A program made the translations under genes and the position numbers. 64,000 bases of DNA from an uncultured Bacilli bacterium (GTDB lineage: Bacteria > Bacillota_I > Bacilli_A > RF39 > UBA660), in contig CAKOJR010000001.1 of the NCBI GenBank assembly GCA_934090735.1, forward strand, positions 4,682-68,681, written 5' to 3'. The notes under the pieces are model-generated. The model searched no databases. It was not told the origin of the DNA and saw only the letters and a list, made by a program, of their open reading frames with translations. This document shows, piece after piece, positions 20,039-29,937 of the stretch (the first letter of the stretch is position 1; the number at the start of each line of letters is the position of its first letter).

Positions 20039-20572
20039 ATGATAAAGGTATTTACAGGTCCAATGTTTAGTGGAAAGAGTGATGCTCTACTTAATGAGTA
20101 TGATAAGAGATATCATAAGAGTAGAATTCTTCTATTTAAACCTAAGATGGATACAAGGGATTATGGGGTTGTTAAGACTCGTAAGGGTAAAGAGATTAAT
20201 GCGATATTAGTTGATGATATTAAGGATATTCCCAGTTATATAACTGATAAGATTAATACTATTTTTATTGATGAGGCTAATTTTTTAAAGGGTGATATAA
20301 ATATTTTATTGGAGTTATCTGTTATGGAAGATTTAGATATTTATATTGCTGGACTTAATATGACTAGTGAGCAAGCTCCTTTTGGAATTATGCCACAGCT
20401 TTTAGCAATTGCTGATGAGATAGAGATACTTCATGCTTCTTGTAATGAGTGTAATAGAGATGCTATCTATACTTATTATGATGGTAAGAAGAAAGGAGAT
20501 ATTTTGGTTGGTAATGATAATTATATAGCTCTTTGTGCTAGGTGTTTAAGAAGGAAGAAAAATGAGAGGTAA
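20039..20572 (+). CDS. tdk: Thymidine kinase
   Basis: GPMFSGKS P-loop, C-terminal CNECN...CARC zinc ribbon; 177 aa. Confidence 0.9.
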   Translation: MIKVFTGPMFSGKSDALLNEYDKRYHKSRILLFKPKMDTRDYGVVKTRKGKEINAILVDDIKDIPSYITDKINTIFIDEANFLKGDINILLELSVMEDLDIYIAGLNMTSEQAPFGIMPQLLAIADEIEILHASCNECNRDAIYTYYDGKKKGDILVGNDNYIALCARCLRRKKNER

Positions 20573-21194
20573 GTTACTTGTTATTGAGGGAACTGAGGGT
20601 TCTGGAAAAGAAACACAGGCTGATTTACTTGTTAAAAGATTAAATGAGATGGGTGAAGAAGCAGTAAAGATGCGTTTTCCAATGTATGATACACCTACTG
20701 GTAAGATAATTTATGAACATATTTTAAATAAAGATGGAAATAGTTATTTTGATGAAGAAGTGGATCCTAAGGCATTATCTTTATATTATGCTGCTGATAG
20801 AGTGAATAATATAGGAAAGATTAATGAGTTATTAGAAAAAGGTGTTCATGTAGTACTTGATAGATATGTTGAGTCTAATATGGCTTATCAAGCTAGTAAG
20901 TTTGATGATGTTAAAGATAGGGTTAATATGATATTTTGGATGGAGCAATTAGAGTTTAATTTACTTGATTTGCCAAGACCAGATAAAGTTATTTTCTTGT
21001 TCTTACCTTATCAATATAGACCTTTAGTTGGTGAAGAAGCTGATCCAAAGTATCATAATATTGAGATGACTTATCATTTACTAAGTAGAAGATATGATTT
21101 TGGAGTTGTTAGCTGCGTCAATGATGATAAACTAAAGGATATAAGTTCAATTAGTGATGAAGTTTTAGAATATGTTAAGAATATTATCAAATAA
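20562..21194 (+). CDS. Thymidylate kinase (Tmk)-like nucleotide kinase with atypical P-loop
   Basis: LLVIEGTEGSGKETQ resembles the Tmk N-terminus but the P-loop ends GKE instead of GK[ST]; DRY-like LDRY motif present. Overlaps tdk by 11 nt. Confidence 0.55.
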   Translation: MRGKLLVIEGTEGSGKETQADLLVKRLNEMGEEAVKMRFPMYDTPTGKIIYEHILNKDGNSYFDEEVDPKALSLYYAADRVNNIGKINELLEKGVHVVLDRYVESNMAYQASKFDDVKDRVNMIFWMEQLEFNLLDLPRPDKVIFLFLPYQYRPLVGEEADPKYHNIEMTYHLLSRRYDFGVVSCVNDDKLKDISSISDEVLEYVKNIIK

Positions 21195-21308
21195 ATGTAA
21201 AGTATTGTGCAAGTAATGTAAATATAAGGTATAATTGTTGTATGGATTTAGGCGAAAACTGACAATTGTTGACATTTCATTTTGATATCATGTATATTGG
21301 AGGATGAA

Positions 21309-21488
21309 ATGTTAGTTAAAGTTTTTGATGAATCGCATGAAAAAGATTTAGAACAAGCAGTTAATGCTTTTCTTATGACTAATATTGAGCTAATTGATAT
21401 TAAGTATAGCGTGGGAGTAGCAACGTTTGGAGAAGAGCAGATTTATTGTTTTACTGCGATGATTATTTATAGAAATTTGAGTGAATAG
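21309..21488 (+). CDS. Sporulation protein Cse60-like small protein
   Basis: MLVKVFDESHEKDLEQAVNAFL...IDIKYSV...EQIYCFTAMIIYR matches the Cse60 family pattern; GGAGGA SD. Confidence 0.55.
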   Translation: MLVKVFDESHEKDLEQAVNAFLMTNIELIDIKYSVGVATFGEEQIYCFTAMIIYRNLSE

Positions 21489-21490
21489 TA

Positions 21491-23140
21491 ATGAAGAAAA
21501 ATAGTTTTGTAACTGGAACTTTTATTGCGACAGCATCCGTAATTTTGGTAAAGATATTAGGGATGCTTTATGTTGTGCCTTTTTATATTATTGTTGGATC
21601 AAAGGGTGGAGCATTATATAGTTATGGTTATAATATTTATTTGATATTTTTATCTATTAGTTCTGCTGGCATTCCAAGTGCGATGAGTAAGCTCATTAGT
21701 GAGTATAATGCGACTGGAAAGATTGAAGCAAAGACAAGGGCGTATAGGTTAAGTAGAAAGTTTATTAGTTATTTTTCTTTTGCAACGTTTATACTTTTAT
21801 TTGTGTTTGCAGAGGAACTTGGGTCACTTATTTTAGGTGATTTACAAGGTGGTAATACAATAGCAGATGTGGCTTTTGTTATTAGATGTGTTTCATTTGC
21901 AGTTTTGATAGTACCTCACTTAAGTGTTGCTAAGGGATATTTACAAGGGCATGAGTATGTAGGACCTTCATCAACAGCAAATTTAATAGAGCAGATTGTT
22001 AGAATATTTGTTATTTTGGCTGGTTCTTATTTGTGTTATAAAGTTTTAAATAGAAGTTTAACGCTTACGATTGGTATTGCAGTTAGTGGAGCTTTCTTTG
22101 GCGGTTTAGTTGCTTATTATTACTTGAAAAGACAGATTAATAAGAATAAAAAGGTTCTTGATTTAGATAGAAAACTAGAAAAAGATGATATTAGTAATAA
22201 AGAGATTATTAAAAAGATAGCTATATATGCAGTGCCGGCTATTGTACTTAATTTAATTAGTAGTATTTATAGTTTTACAGATATGGTTATTATTTTGCGT
22301 GTACTTGATCATTTAGGATATTCAGCACATGATGTTGAGTTTATTACAAGTGTTATTAGTACATGGGGAAGTAAAATATGTATGATAGTTAACTCAATTG
22401 CGATGGGAATGACAGTTACGCTTATTCCATCTATTGTATCTGCTCATGCGACGAGTAATTGGAAGGATTTAAATGAGAAGTTAAATAAGAGCCTTCAAAT
22501 TATTATTTATGTAAGTTTACCAATGACGATTGGGTTGTCTATCTTAGCTACACCTGTATGGACAGTATTTTATAATATAAATCATTATGGTGGAGATATT
22601 CTTAAGATAATGGTGTTTAATGCGCTTGTTGGTAATGTTAGTTTGGTTGTGTCAACGGCATTACAGAGCTGTAATAAGTTTAAGGCTGTATATTTAACCA
22701 ATATCTTTGGGTGTTTGTTTAATGCAGCTTTAGATATGCCTCTTATGATTATTTGTAATCATTTTGGAATTGGTGCTTATTATGGAGCTGTTATTGCATC
22801 ATTTATAGGTTATACAATTTCTATTTATGTTGGACTTAAGGCGTTTAACGGGGTTCATAAGATTAATTATAAGGATACTTTTATTATGGTGTTTAAGACA
22901 CTTGTGCCTGCACTAGTTATGACTGCTGTGCTTATTGTACTTAATAATTTCTTACCATTTAATGTTTATAGTCGTACGAGTAGTGTCAAGTTGATTGTTG
23001 TTGATGCGGTTATTGGTGCATTTATTTATATAGGTTTAAGTATTTGGATGAAGATACCTCAGCATATATTTGGTACTAAAGAGATAAATAAGATCATAAA
23101 AAAACTTACATTTGGTAAGTTTCAAATAAAGGAAAGTTAA
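21491..23140 (+). CDS. MOP-superfamily flippase (MurJ/SpoVB/YtgP-like polysaccharide or lipid II flippase)
   Basis: About 14 TM segments, N-terminal GTFIATASVILVKILGMLYVVPF typical of the SpoVB/YtgP family; 549 aa. Confidence 0.7.
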   Translation: MKKNSFVTGTFIATASVILVKILGMLYVVPFYIIVGSKGGALYSYGYNIYLIFLSISSAGIPSAMSKLISEYNATGKIEAKTRAYRLSRKFISYFSFATFILLFVFAEELGSLILGDLQGGNTIADVAFVIRCVSFAVLIVPHLSVAKGYLQGHEYVGPSSTANLIEQIVRIFVILAGSYLCYKVLNRSLTLTIGIAVSGAFFGGLVAYYYLKRQINKNKKVLDLDRKLEKDDISNKEIIKKIAIYAVPAIVLNLISSIYSFTDMVIILRVLDHLGYSAHDVEFITSVISTWGSKICMIVNSIAMGMTVTLIPSIVSAHATSNWKDLNEKLNKSLQIIIYVSLPMTIGLSILATPVWTVFYNINHYGGDILKIMVFNALVGNVSLVVSTALQSCNKFKAVYLTNIFGCLFNAALDMPLMIICNHFGIGAYYGAVIASFIGYTISIYVGLKAFNGVHKINYKDTFIMVFKTLVPALVMTAVLIVLNNFLPFNVYSRTSSVKLIVVDAVIGAFIYIGLSIWMKIPQHIFGTKEINKIIKKLTFGKFQIKES

Positions 23141-23433
23141 AGCATATACATGTTGCTTGAATAGTTATAATCACTAGGAGTAGTGGTAGTGCTTTTTTCT
23201 AAGTTAGAGATTCTAGTTTCTAGTCTTGATACTTGTCTTTCTAACTTAGAGATTCTGGCATCTAGTTCTTCAGAAGAGCCAGCAACTGGGCCAGCATAAA
23301 ATGAAGAGTTTGCTTGCATTTGAGTATTCATTGGTATGTTCATTGGAGTATTCATGTTAGGCATTTGCTGATAGCCGTTATTATAACTGTTAAAGCCATA
23401 CTCTTGGAAAAATGAGTTTCGGTCTTTTTTCAT
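23137..23433 (-). CDS. Small Gln/Asn/Met-rich protein with C-terminal coiled coil
   Basis: ORF of 98 aa, LERQVSRLETRISNLE heptads; weak support. Confidence 0.35.
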   Translation of the reverse strand: MKKDRNSFFQEYGFNSYNNGYQQMPNMNTPMNIPMNTQMQANSSFYAGPVAGSSEELDARISKLERQVSRLETRISNLEKSTTTTPSDYNYSSNMYML

Positions 23434-23488
23434 AATTCACCTCTACAATAATATATGTAAGAGTGGATAAAAGTTTAATGGAGGATTT

Positions 23489-24103
23489 ATGAGATTAAGA
23501 AATGTTAAAGATGCAAATAATATTTTAATAAATAGTGGATTACTTGTAGAAGCTAATCCTTTTAATGATGATAAGAAATTATGTATTGAGGTTGGTACTG
23601 GTAAGGGTGACTTTATTATTGGAATGGCTAGGAATAATCCTGATGTTAACTTTATTGGAATTGAAAAGTATCCTTCTGTACTAGTTAGAGCTGTTCAAAA
23701 ACTTGATGAGATGCCAGATAATTTAAGATTTATGTGTTTTGATGCTAAGAATATTTGTGATTATTTTGATCATAATGTAAACACAATATATTTAAATTTT
23801 AGTGATCCTTGGCCTAAGGCTAGACATGCGAAAAGAAGACTTACTAGTGAGACTTTTTTACCACTTTATGAGAAGATTTCTGAAGGTGATGTTCATATTA
23901 TTCAGAAGACTGATAATAAGGGTTTATTTGCTTATTCATTAGAGATGTTTAATAATTATGGTTATAAATTTAATAAGATTTCTTTAGATTTAACCAATAG
24001 TGATATAACTAATGTTAGAACGGAATATGAGAATAAGTTTATTAGTTTGGGACAGACAATAAATTATGCTGATGTTATAAAAAGTTTACCAAATGATAAA
24101 TAA
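23489..24103 (+). CDS. trmB: tRNA (guanine46-N7)-methyltransferase
   Basis: IEVGTGKGDF SAM-binding motif, NFSDPWPKARH motif; 204 aa. Confidence 0.9.
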   Translation: MRLRNVKDANNILINSGLLVEANPFNDDKKLCIEVGTGKGDFIIGMARNNPDVNFIGIEKYPSVLVRAVQKLDEMPDNLRFMCFDAKNICDYFDHNVNTIYLNFSDPWPKARHAKRRLTSETFLPLYEKISEGDVHIIQKTDNKGLFAYSLEMFNNYGYKFNKISLDLTNSDITNVRTEYENKFISLGQTINYADVIKSLPNDK

Positions 24104-24129
24104 CTGGTATAATGTATTTAGGAGACTAT

Positions 24130-24759
24130 ATGAAAAAATGTATTTTAGTAATAATGTTTTTATTACTTTGTGGATGCACTAATATTAATAATGCTAGTGT
24201 TCAAGATATAACAAAAGAAGTGTTAAGTTCTAAAATAAAAAGTTATAATGAGTATAGGACGGGTTATAAATATTATTTACCGCAGGCACTTAATGTAAAT
24301 TCATCTAAAAAATATAATGAAATACTTAATGATGATAAGTATAAATACTATTTATATGTTGATTTGGTTAGTTATTTAAAAAAGACAGAATTTGAGTATA
24401 AAGTTAATGAAAATGCTTATTTGAGTATGGCACTTGATGATAAGGGATATTTAGAAATAAATGAAAAAAATGATAAATATCTAATTGAAATTATGTATAA
24501 TTATGCTAAAATAGAAGTGATAGTAGAAAAAGAAGATATTAATAAAAGTGTTACAAATTCACTTATTGTTTTATCTACTATTGCTTATACGGATGATATT
24601 GTTAAGAATTTGTTATCTATTGATGAGGTTACTTCTTCTGAAGAAACGTTTAGTATGTTTGATGAGGATGCTAGTGATAGTAATTTCTTAGAGGTATATA
24701 AAGAATATGGTAATTATGAGGGTGACGATAAAGTTCCGGATTTAGATGTGATTAAATAA
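24130..24759 (+). CDS. Putative lipoprotein
   Basis: MKKCILVIMFLLLCGC signal peptide with lipobox-like LLCGC; AGGAG SD. Confidence 0.5.
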   Translation: MKKCILVIMFLLLCGCTNINNASVQDITKEVLSSKIKSYNEYRTGYKYYLPQALNVNSSKKYNEILNDDKYKYYLYVDLVSYLKKTEFEYKVNENAYLSMALDDKGYLEINEKNDKYLIEIMYNYAKIEVIVEKEDINKSVTNSLIVLSTIAYTDDIVKNLLSIDEVTSSEETFSMFDEDASDSNFLEVYKEYGNYEGDDKVPDLDVIK

Positions 24760-24770
24760 GGAGTGATAAA

Positions 24771-25544
24771 ATGAGTGTTTTTAAGAAGTTAAAAGATGTA
24801 CTCTTTGATGTTGAAGAAGAAGAGATACCAGTAATAACTAAAGAAGAGAAGAAACCTGTTAGGGAAGAACCTAAAAGAGAAGCTAATCCAATTAAGGAAG
24901 TTAAGATGCCTAAAGAGGAAGTAATTCCTTCTAGAAGTAGTAATTTTAATTTTCCACTTGATGATTTTGAGGAAGAGAAACCTAAAATTAGGGTAAGAGA
25001 AGTTAGAGATGATTTTGATTTTGATTATACTCCTAGAAGAAGTGCTCCAGTAGAGCCCAAAAAAGATGAAAGAAGAATGGATTATAGTAAGTTCTTAAAG
25101 GAGGAGCCTCATAAGAAGGAACCTAGTAAACCTTTTAAGCCTACGCCAATTATTTCACCTGTATATGGAATATTAGATCAGAATTATACTAAAGATGATG
25201 TTATTGTAAAGACTGATATTGGTGTTAAGGCACCAGATTTAGATGAAGTAAGAAAAAGAGCTTATGGAGTTGAAGAGAAGAAAAAGAAGGTTAGTAAGGA
25301 AGCTACTAAGATAGAAGTAGAGGAAGATGAATTTACTGAACCTTTAAAGAGTTTAGATGAGATTTTAACTTCTAAAGATGAAGATAAAAAAATAGATGCC
25401 GAGGTTATAGAAGAAAAGGATGAACCTGTAATCGAGGAAGCACCTGTTACTGAAACTAAGGAAGATACACTTGAAAACGATTTATTTAATTTAATCGATT
25501 CAATGTATGAAGAAAAAAATAAAGAAAGTGAGGATGAAGAATAA
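24771..25544 (+). CDS. Acidic Lys/Glu-rich protein (SepF-like N-terminus only)
   Basis: MSVFKKLKDVLFDVEEEE resembles the SepF start but no SepF C-domain was recognised; 257 aa. Confidence 0.4.
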   Translation: MSVFKKLKDVLFDVEEEEIPVITKEEKKPVREEPKREANPIKEVKMPKEEVIPSRSSNFNFPLDDFEEEKPKIRVREVRDDFDFDYTPRRSAPVEPKKDERRMDYSKFLKEEPHKKEPSKPFKPTPIISPVYGILDQNYTKDDVIVKTDIGVKAPDLDEVRKRAYGVEEKKKKVSKEATKIEVEEDEFTEPLKSLDEILTSKDEDKKIDAEVIEEKDEPVIEEAPVTETKEDTLENDLFNLIDSMYEEKNKESEDEE

Positions 25545-25837
25545 TGGAAGGATTAACAACAGCGTTACCAGTAATTATTTATTTATTACTTATTATTTTA
25601 CTAGTTATAGGTATTATTTTAGGAATTAAACTTATAATTACTATAGATAAGACAAATACAATACTTGATGATGTATCTAAAAAGGTAGCTTCACTAGATA
25701 CTGTGTTTGGTTTTATTGATGGTGTATCAAATAAAATGGCTTATCTAGGTGGAAAAATGACTCAAGGAGTAGTAAGCTTGATTAATAAGATTACTGGATT
25801 GAAGAAAAGAAAGGATGAGGATGATTTTTATGAGTAA
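25544..25837 (+). CDS. DUF948 (YtxG-like) membrane protein
   Basis: N-terminal TM then helical domain; 97 aa. Confidence 0.5.
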   Translation: MEGLTTALPVIIYLLLIILLVIGIILGIKLIITIDKTNTILDDVSKKVASLDTVFGFIDGVSNKMAYLGGKMTQGVVSLINKITGLKKRKDEDDFYE

Positions 25838-26261
25838 AAATAGTGGAAAAGGATGCAGTTTATTAACTGGTTTAGCAATTGGTGCTGGACTTGGAATTTT
25901 ATTTGCACCTAAAAAAGGTTCTGAAACTAGAAAGGAGTTAACTATTAAGATTAACGAGCTTTGGGATAAGGTTAAAGAACTAGAATATGATGATGTTAAA
26001 AAATCTTTAGAAAAGAAGATTAAAGAATTAAAGAAGGAACTTGCTGATTTAGATCAAGAAAAGGTTGCTTCTGTAGTTAAAGAAAAAGCTAAAATGATTC
26101 AAATTAAAGCTGAAGAATTATATAATATGGCAGTTGAAAAAGGAACACCAGTTTTAGAAAAAGCTGCTGACGATGTTAGAAAGAAAACTGTTGAAGTATT
26201 AAATAAAGCAATTGATGCTATTGAAAAACCTGAACCAAAAAAGATAGCTAAGAATAAGTAA
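25830..26261 (+). CDS. YtxH-like general stress protein (DUF3618-type)
   Basis: MSKNSGKG...TGLAIGAGLGILFAPKKG followed by coiled coil; terminator follows. Confidence 0.55.
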   Translation: MSKNSGKGCSLLTGLAIGAGLGILFAPKKGSETRKELTIKINELWDKVKELEYDDVKKSLEKKIKELKKELADLDQEKVASVVKEKAKMIQIKAEELYNMAVEKGTPVLEKAADDVRKKTVEVLNKAIDAIEKPEPKKIAKNK

Positions 26262-26288
26262 GAAGCCTGTTAAGAGGCTTTTTTATTG
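26261..26288 (+). terminator. Rho-independent terminator
   Basis: aagcct/aggctt hairpin followed by T6. Confidence 0.6.
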
Positions 26289-26370
26289 ACGTTTTTATAG
26301 ACTTTAAATTTGTTTTATTGTAAAATTGTTATTGTTAGAATAGCAAAGATTTTTTGTTAGGTGGTGATTT

Positions 26371-27819
26371 ATGAAACTCGTAGTTTGTTTTGGTGATGAT
26401 GATTTTTTTTCTTTTAAAGATGGCGAAGTACATATTACTATACGTGATTTAAGAAACCTTAAGAATGTAATTAATAATATGGAACTTCGTGATGAATTTA
26501 TAGATAGAGAAAGATTATTATCAAATAATGGTTATGATGATGATATTGCTGATAGAATATGTGAAGTTAGGTGTATGCCTAGATTTGATGATTTTAATGA
26601 TTTTGAAAGTATTAGAATTTGTCTAAATAAAAGCGTTAATATTGATGATGCTTGTGATTTTTTGAAGGGTTTTCCTTATAAGGTTATTATAGATACGCAT
26701 GATATTGAATTAGATGGTGTGTATAAGATTTGTTCTAAACAGTATGCAGTGCAGCCTTTGATTAAGAATGAATATAATACAGAGTCTATGAGTGCTAGTG
26801 AGGTTAAGAGGTCTTTGGAAGTGGTTTTTGATTTTGCTAAGAAACTTAATGATGGAAAATTAAGCCCTTTAGAAAAATTAATGTTTTTATATGATTACTT
26901 AAAGACAAGAATTTATAAAGAGGATGAAGATTATTCTAATTCAGCATCTTTATCTAAAGTTACACTTGGTGATAGTATTGTATGTTTGGGATATGCTAAT
27001 TTATTTAGTGCAATAGCTAATTTAATTGGAATTCCAACAGATGTAAAAATATACGGTAGTAATTTAGATAAGAGTGGCGGCCATGCCACTGTAACTAGTT
27101 ATATAAATGATGATAAGTATAATTTCCATAGTATATTAGAGTTTGATCCAACTTGGGACGCAAAGAAAAGTGAGAATGATACGCGTTATATTTCAAAATA
27201 TTATTGGTTTGGATTAGCACCATTATTTAGTGAAGAGTGTAAAAAGTCATGTAATCTTACTGCGCTTGGAGAAAGTAAAAGTGGAGGGAAGCTTTTTAAA
27301 TATTTTTATAATTGTACTAATTTGTTAAAAGTTGGTGATGATGCTGGTGTACGTTTGAATAAAAGGTTTTTTAGTACACTTTTTGAGAAGGTAGAAGAAG
27401 AGTTTTCTAAGCTTGGATATGTAGCAGGGTTATTTCTTTTACAGGATATAGCTTCTAAAGATAGCATTACTAAACATGATATAGATCTTTTACATTATAC
27501 TTATTTAAAATTATATGAAAATAATTTAGGGTATGATGAATTTTTAAGACTTTTATATTTTGTTAGAAGAAGTGAATTTGTATTTAATGATAATTATCAG
27601 CTTGATTTTGATGATGTTGTAAGTATTTCAAGAAAAAGAGAAACTAGAAATAATTTACTGGCTTATGTTTTATTTAAAGATAGAGATGAGTATAAGAATA
27701 TTGCTAGTTTATGGGAATTTAGAAGTGTACCTAAAGATGAAAAAAATAAACTTGAGTACGATAAGAAAAGACTTGAATTAGTTAAAACTTTAAATGGAGT
27801 AGTTGAAAGAAATAAGTAG
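26371..27819 (+). CDS. Transglutaminase-like (papain-fold) domain protein
   Basis: Cys in CLGYANLFSAIANLIGIPT, His in GGHATV, Asp in FDPTWD in the correct order for a transglutaminase-like Cys-His-Asp triad; 482 aa. Confidence 0.55.
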   Translation: MKLVVCFGDDDFFSFKDGEVHITIRDLRNLKNVINNMELRDEFIDRERLLSNNGYDDDIADRICEVRCMPRFDDFNDFESIRICLNKSVNIDDACDFLKGFPYKVIIDTHDIELDGVYKICSKQYAVQPLIKNEYNTESMSASEVKRSLEVVFDFAKKLNDGKLSPLEKLMFLYDYLKTRIYKEDEDYSNSASLSKVTLGDSIVCLGYANLFSAIANLIGIPTDVKIYGSNLDKSGGHATVTSYINDDKYNFHSILEFDPTWDAKKSENDTRYISKYYWFGLAPLFSEECKKSCNLTALGESKSGGKLFKYFYNCTNLLKVGDDAGVRLNKRFFSTLFEKVEEEFSKLGYVAGLFLLQDIASKDSITKHDIDLLHYTYLKLYENNLGYDEFLRLLYFVRRSEFVFNDNYQLDFDDVVSISRKRETRNNLLAYVLFKDRDEYKNIASLWEFRSVPKDEKNKLEYDKKRLELVKTLNGVVERNK

Positions 27820-27865
27820 TATTATTTCTTTTTTTTAGAGCATAATAATATTGGGAGTTGATATT

Positions 27866-28078
27866 ATGGAAAAAGTACCAAGTATGGTAAGTAGTAAAGA
27901 TTTAGATTATTTAGCAGATATTTTTAATTGGAATTATGGAGCTTATAAATCTGCGATGAATATGGAGAGTGAACTTACTGATAAGTCACTTAGTAAATGT
28001 TCAAGAAAAGTATCCGATTTATTTATGAATAATATAGATACTGTTTTAGATATTTTAGGTGGTGAAGATAATGAGTAA
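27866..28078 (+). CDS. Small hypothetical protein
   Basis: GGGAG SD, 70 aa, translationally coupled to next ORF. Confidence 0.4.
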   Translation: MEKVPSMVSSKDLDYLADIFNWNYGAYKSAMNMESELTDKSLSKCSRKVSDLFMNNIDTVLDILGGEDNE

Positions 28079-28391
28079 AGTTGTTAAAAATAGTAAAACC
28101 GAAGTTCCTTGCGGAATGTGTATGAATGATAAAGATTATATGAATAGTATTCTTTCTAGTTTGAAAGAGATGAGTAAAAATTATGTTGTTGCTTTAACTG
28201 AAGCTAGTAATGAAGTTTTATTTAAGAAGTTAAAGAAAGATTTTGATAAAATAATAGATGCTCAAAGAGCGGTATATGAAGTTATGTTTGAAAATGGCTG
28301 GTATGTGTTAGAGGAAGCTGATAAAAGTAAAATTAATGAAAAGTATAATATGCTTTGTACAGAGTTATCAGAATTGGGAGAAGAAGAGTAA
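28071..28391 (+). CDS. CotF-domain-like (spore coat protein F family) small protein
   Basis: ALTEASNEVLFKKL...QRAVYEVMFENGWY resembles the Coat F helical repeat; 106 aa. Confidence 0.4.
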   Translation: MSKVVKNSKTEVPCGMCMNDKDYMNSILSSLKEMSKNYVVALTEASNEVLFKKLKKDFDKIIDAQRAVYEVMFENGWYVLEEADKSKINEKYNMLCTELSELGEEE

Positions 28392-28448
28392 TTTCTTCTT
28401 TTTTTGCTATTTAAAATTTTTGATAGTGATGATATAATATAGGTGTTT

Positions 28449-28524
28449 GCTGAAATAGCTCAATAGGTAGAGCAACGCCCTCGTAACGCGTAGGTTGTAG
28501 GTTCAAGTCCTATTTTCAGCACCA
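28449..28524 (+). tRNA. tRNA-Thr (anticodon CGU) with encoded CCA
   Basis: Cloverleaf: acceptor GCTGAAA/TTTCAGC, D-arm GCTC..GAGC, anticodon loop CTCGTAA (CGT), T-arm GTAGG-TTCAAGT-CCTAT, 3' ACCA. Confidence 0.85.
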
Positions 28525-28539
28525 TTAAAATGCTCAATA

Positions 28540-28563
28540 TCCCTTAAAATAAGGGTTTTTTTA
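28540..28563 (+). terminator. Rho-independent terminator after tRNA-Thr
   Basis: ccctta/taaggg hairpin followed by T7. Confidence 0.65.
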
Positions 28564-28853
28564 TTATTTATATTCCACAAAATATGGTAAATTTCCATAT
28601 TTTTCACCCATTTCGTGGTAATTTTATGGTAATTTTAATAAAAAAGTGAAATAAACCATCTACTTTAACTAATGACATTGTCTCTAGTTCAACGTCCGAG
28701 ACGTAAGGTAGAGATATTCTTTCACATATGTTTTATATAATCTTATTTGAAATAAATGTTAATTGATTCTGATGAGAATAATTTTTTTATTAAATTTGCA
28801 TTTTGTATGGTACAATATAGTTAGATAGAAAATAGTATTATATGGAGGGTGTT

Positions 28854-29885
28854 ATGAAAAGAAAGATACTTACTATTTTGATGGGGGTATTTGTTATTTT
28901 TGGATTGACTGGGTGTGGTAATGTGTTAAAAAAAGATAATTTTAAAATTAGAGAAGCCGAAACTAAAAGTGTTAAGTATACTGATTTTGATAATGGGCTT
29001 ATTAAATTAAAAGTACCTGAGGGATGGAAAGTTGATGTACTTGGTGATTATATTCATTATATTGTTAAAGCATATAATCCAGAAAAAACTATTTACCAAT
29101 TTTATTTTAATTTAAAAGTTGAGGGATTTAATAAGAGCGAGGATTCTAAGTCTTGGTATCAAAGATTTTATCCAGATAGCCCATTTGCTAAAACTTCAGT
29201 TATTGCAAGTAAAGATACAGAAGGTTATTTTAAAATTTTTAATGATATGGGTAAACTTAATAATACAGCTGCTTTTACATTTCCAGAACTTAATGATTTT
29301 ACAGTTACTGAAAACTTAGGTAAAGGTTTAGTTGGTGGAGATATACTTAGAGCAACATTTAAAGATGCTAGTGGCACTGAAGGTGATGGAATATTTACAT
29401 CTTATGTTTATGATGCTGGTGCTTATTATGTAACTGAGAATATTATGTCAGGTAAAAAAATTGATAATTATCCACTTTCTGTGTATGATACAATATTTAT
29501 AACTGCGCCAAAGGATGAGTTTGTTAACTGGGAAGAAGTATTAAATACAGTTGCTGGTTCATTAGAGTTTACAGATACTTTCTTAAATGGATTTAATCAG
29601 CAACAAGATGCAGTAATGAAGAATTTTCAAAGTATAAGAAATATTTGTAATCAGATTAGTGATGGAATAATGGATTCTTGGAATAAGAGAAGTGCTAGTT
29701 TTGATATAATGAGTCAGAAACAAAGTGATGCTATACTTGGTTATGAAAGAGTTTATGATACAGAAACTAATGATGTTTATAAGGCTTATAATGGATTTAC
29801 AGATGACTATGATGGTGAGAGATATAAGTCTATAGATGATAATATGTATATTAAGGGAATTAGTGGTTATATTGAAAAAGATTAA
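28854..29885 (+). CDS. Putative lipoprotein
   Basis: MKRKILTILMGVFVIFGLTGCG lipobox; 343 aa; terminator after. Confidence 0.55.
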   Translation: MKRKILTILMGVFVIFGLTGCGNVLKKDNFKIREAETKSVKYTDFDNGLIKLKVPEGWKVDVLGDYIHYIVKAYNPEKTIYQFYFNLKVEGFNKSEDSKSWYQRFYPDSPFAKTSVIASKDTEGYFKIFNDMGKLNNTAAFTFPELNDFTVTENLGKGLVGGDILRATFKDASGTEGDGIFTSYVYDAGAYYVTENIMSGKKIDNYPLSVYDTIFITAPKDEFVNWEEVLNTVAGSLEFTDTFLNGFNQQQDAVMKNFQSIRNICNQISDGIMDSWNKRSASFDIMSQKQSDAILGYERVYDTETNDVYKAYNGFTDDYDGERYKSIDDNMYIKGISGYIEKD

Positions 29886-29937
29886 GAACTTGAAAAGAGT
29901 TCTTTTTTGATGCTATAATACCTTTATAGGAGGTTAT

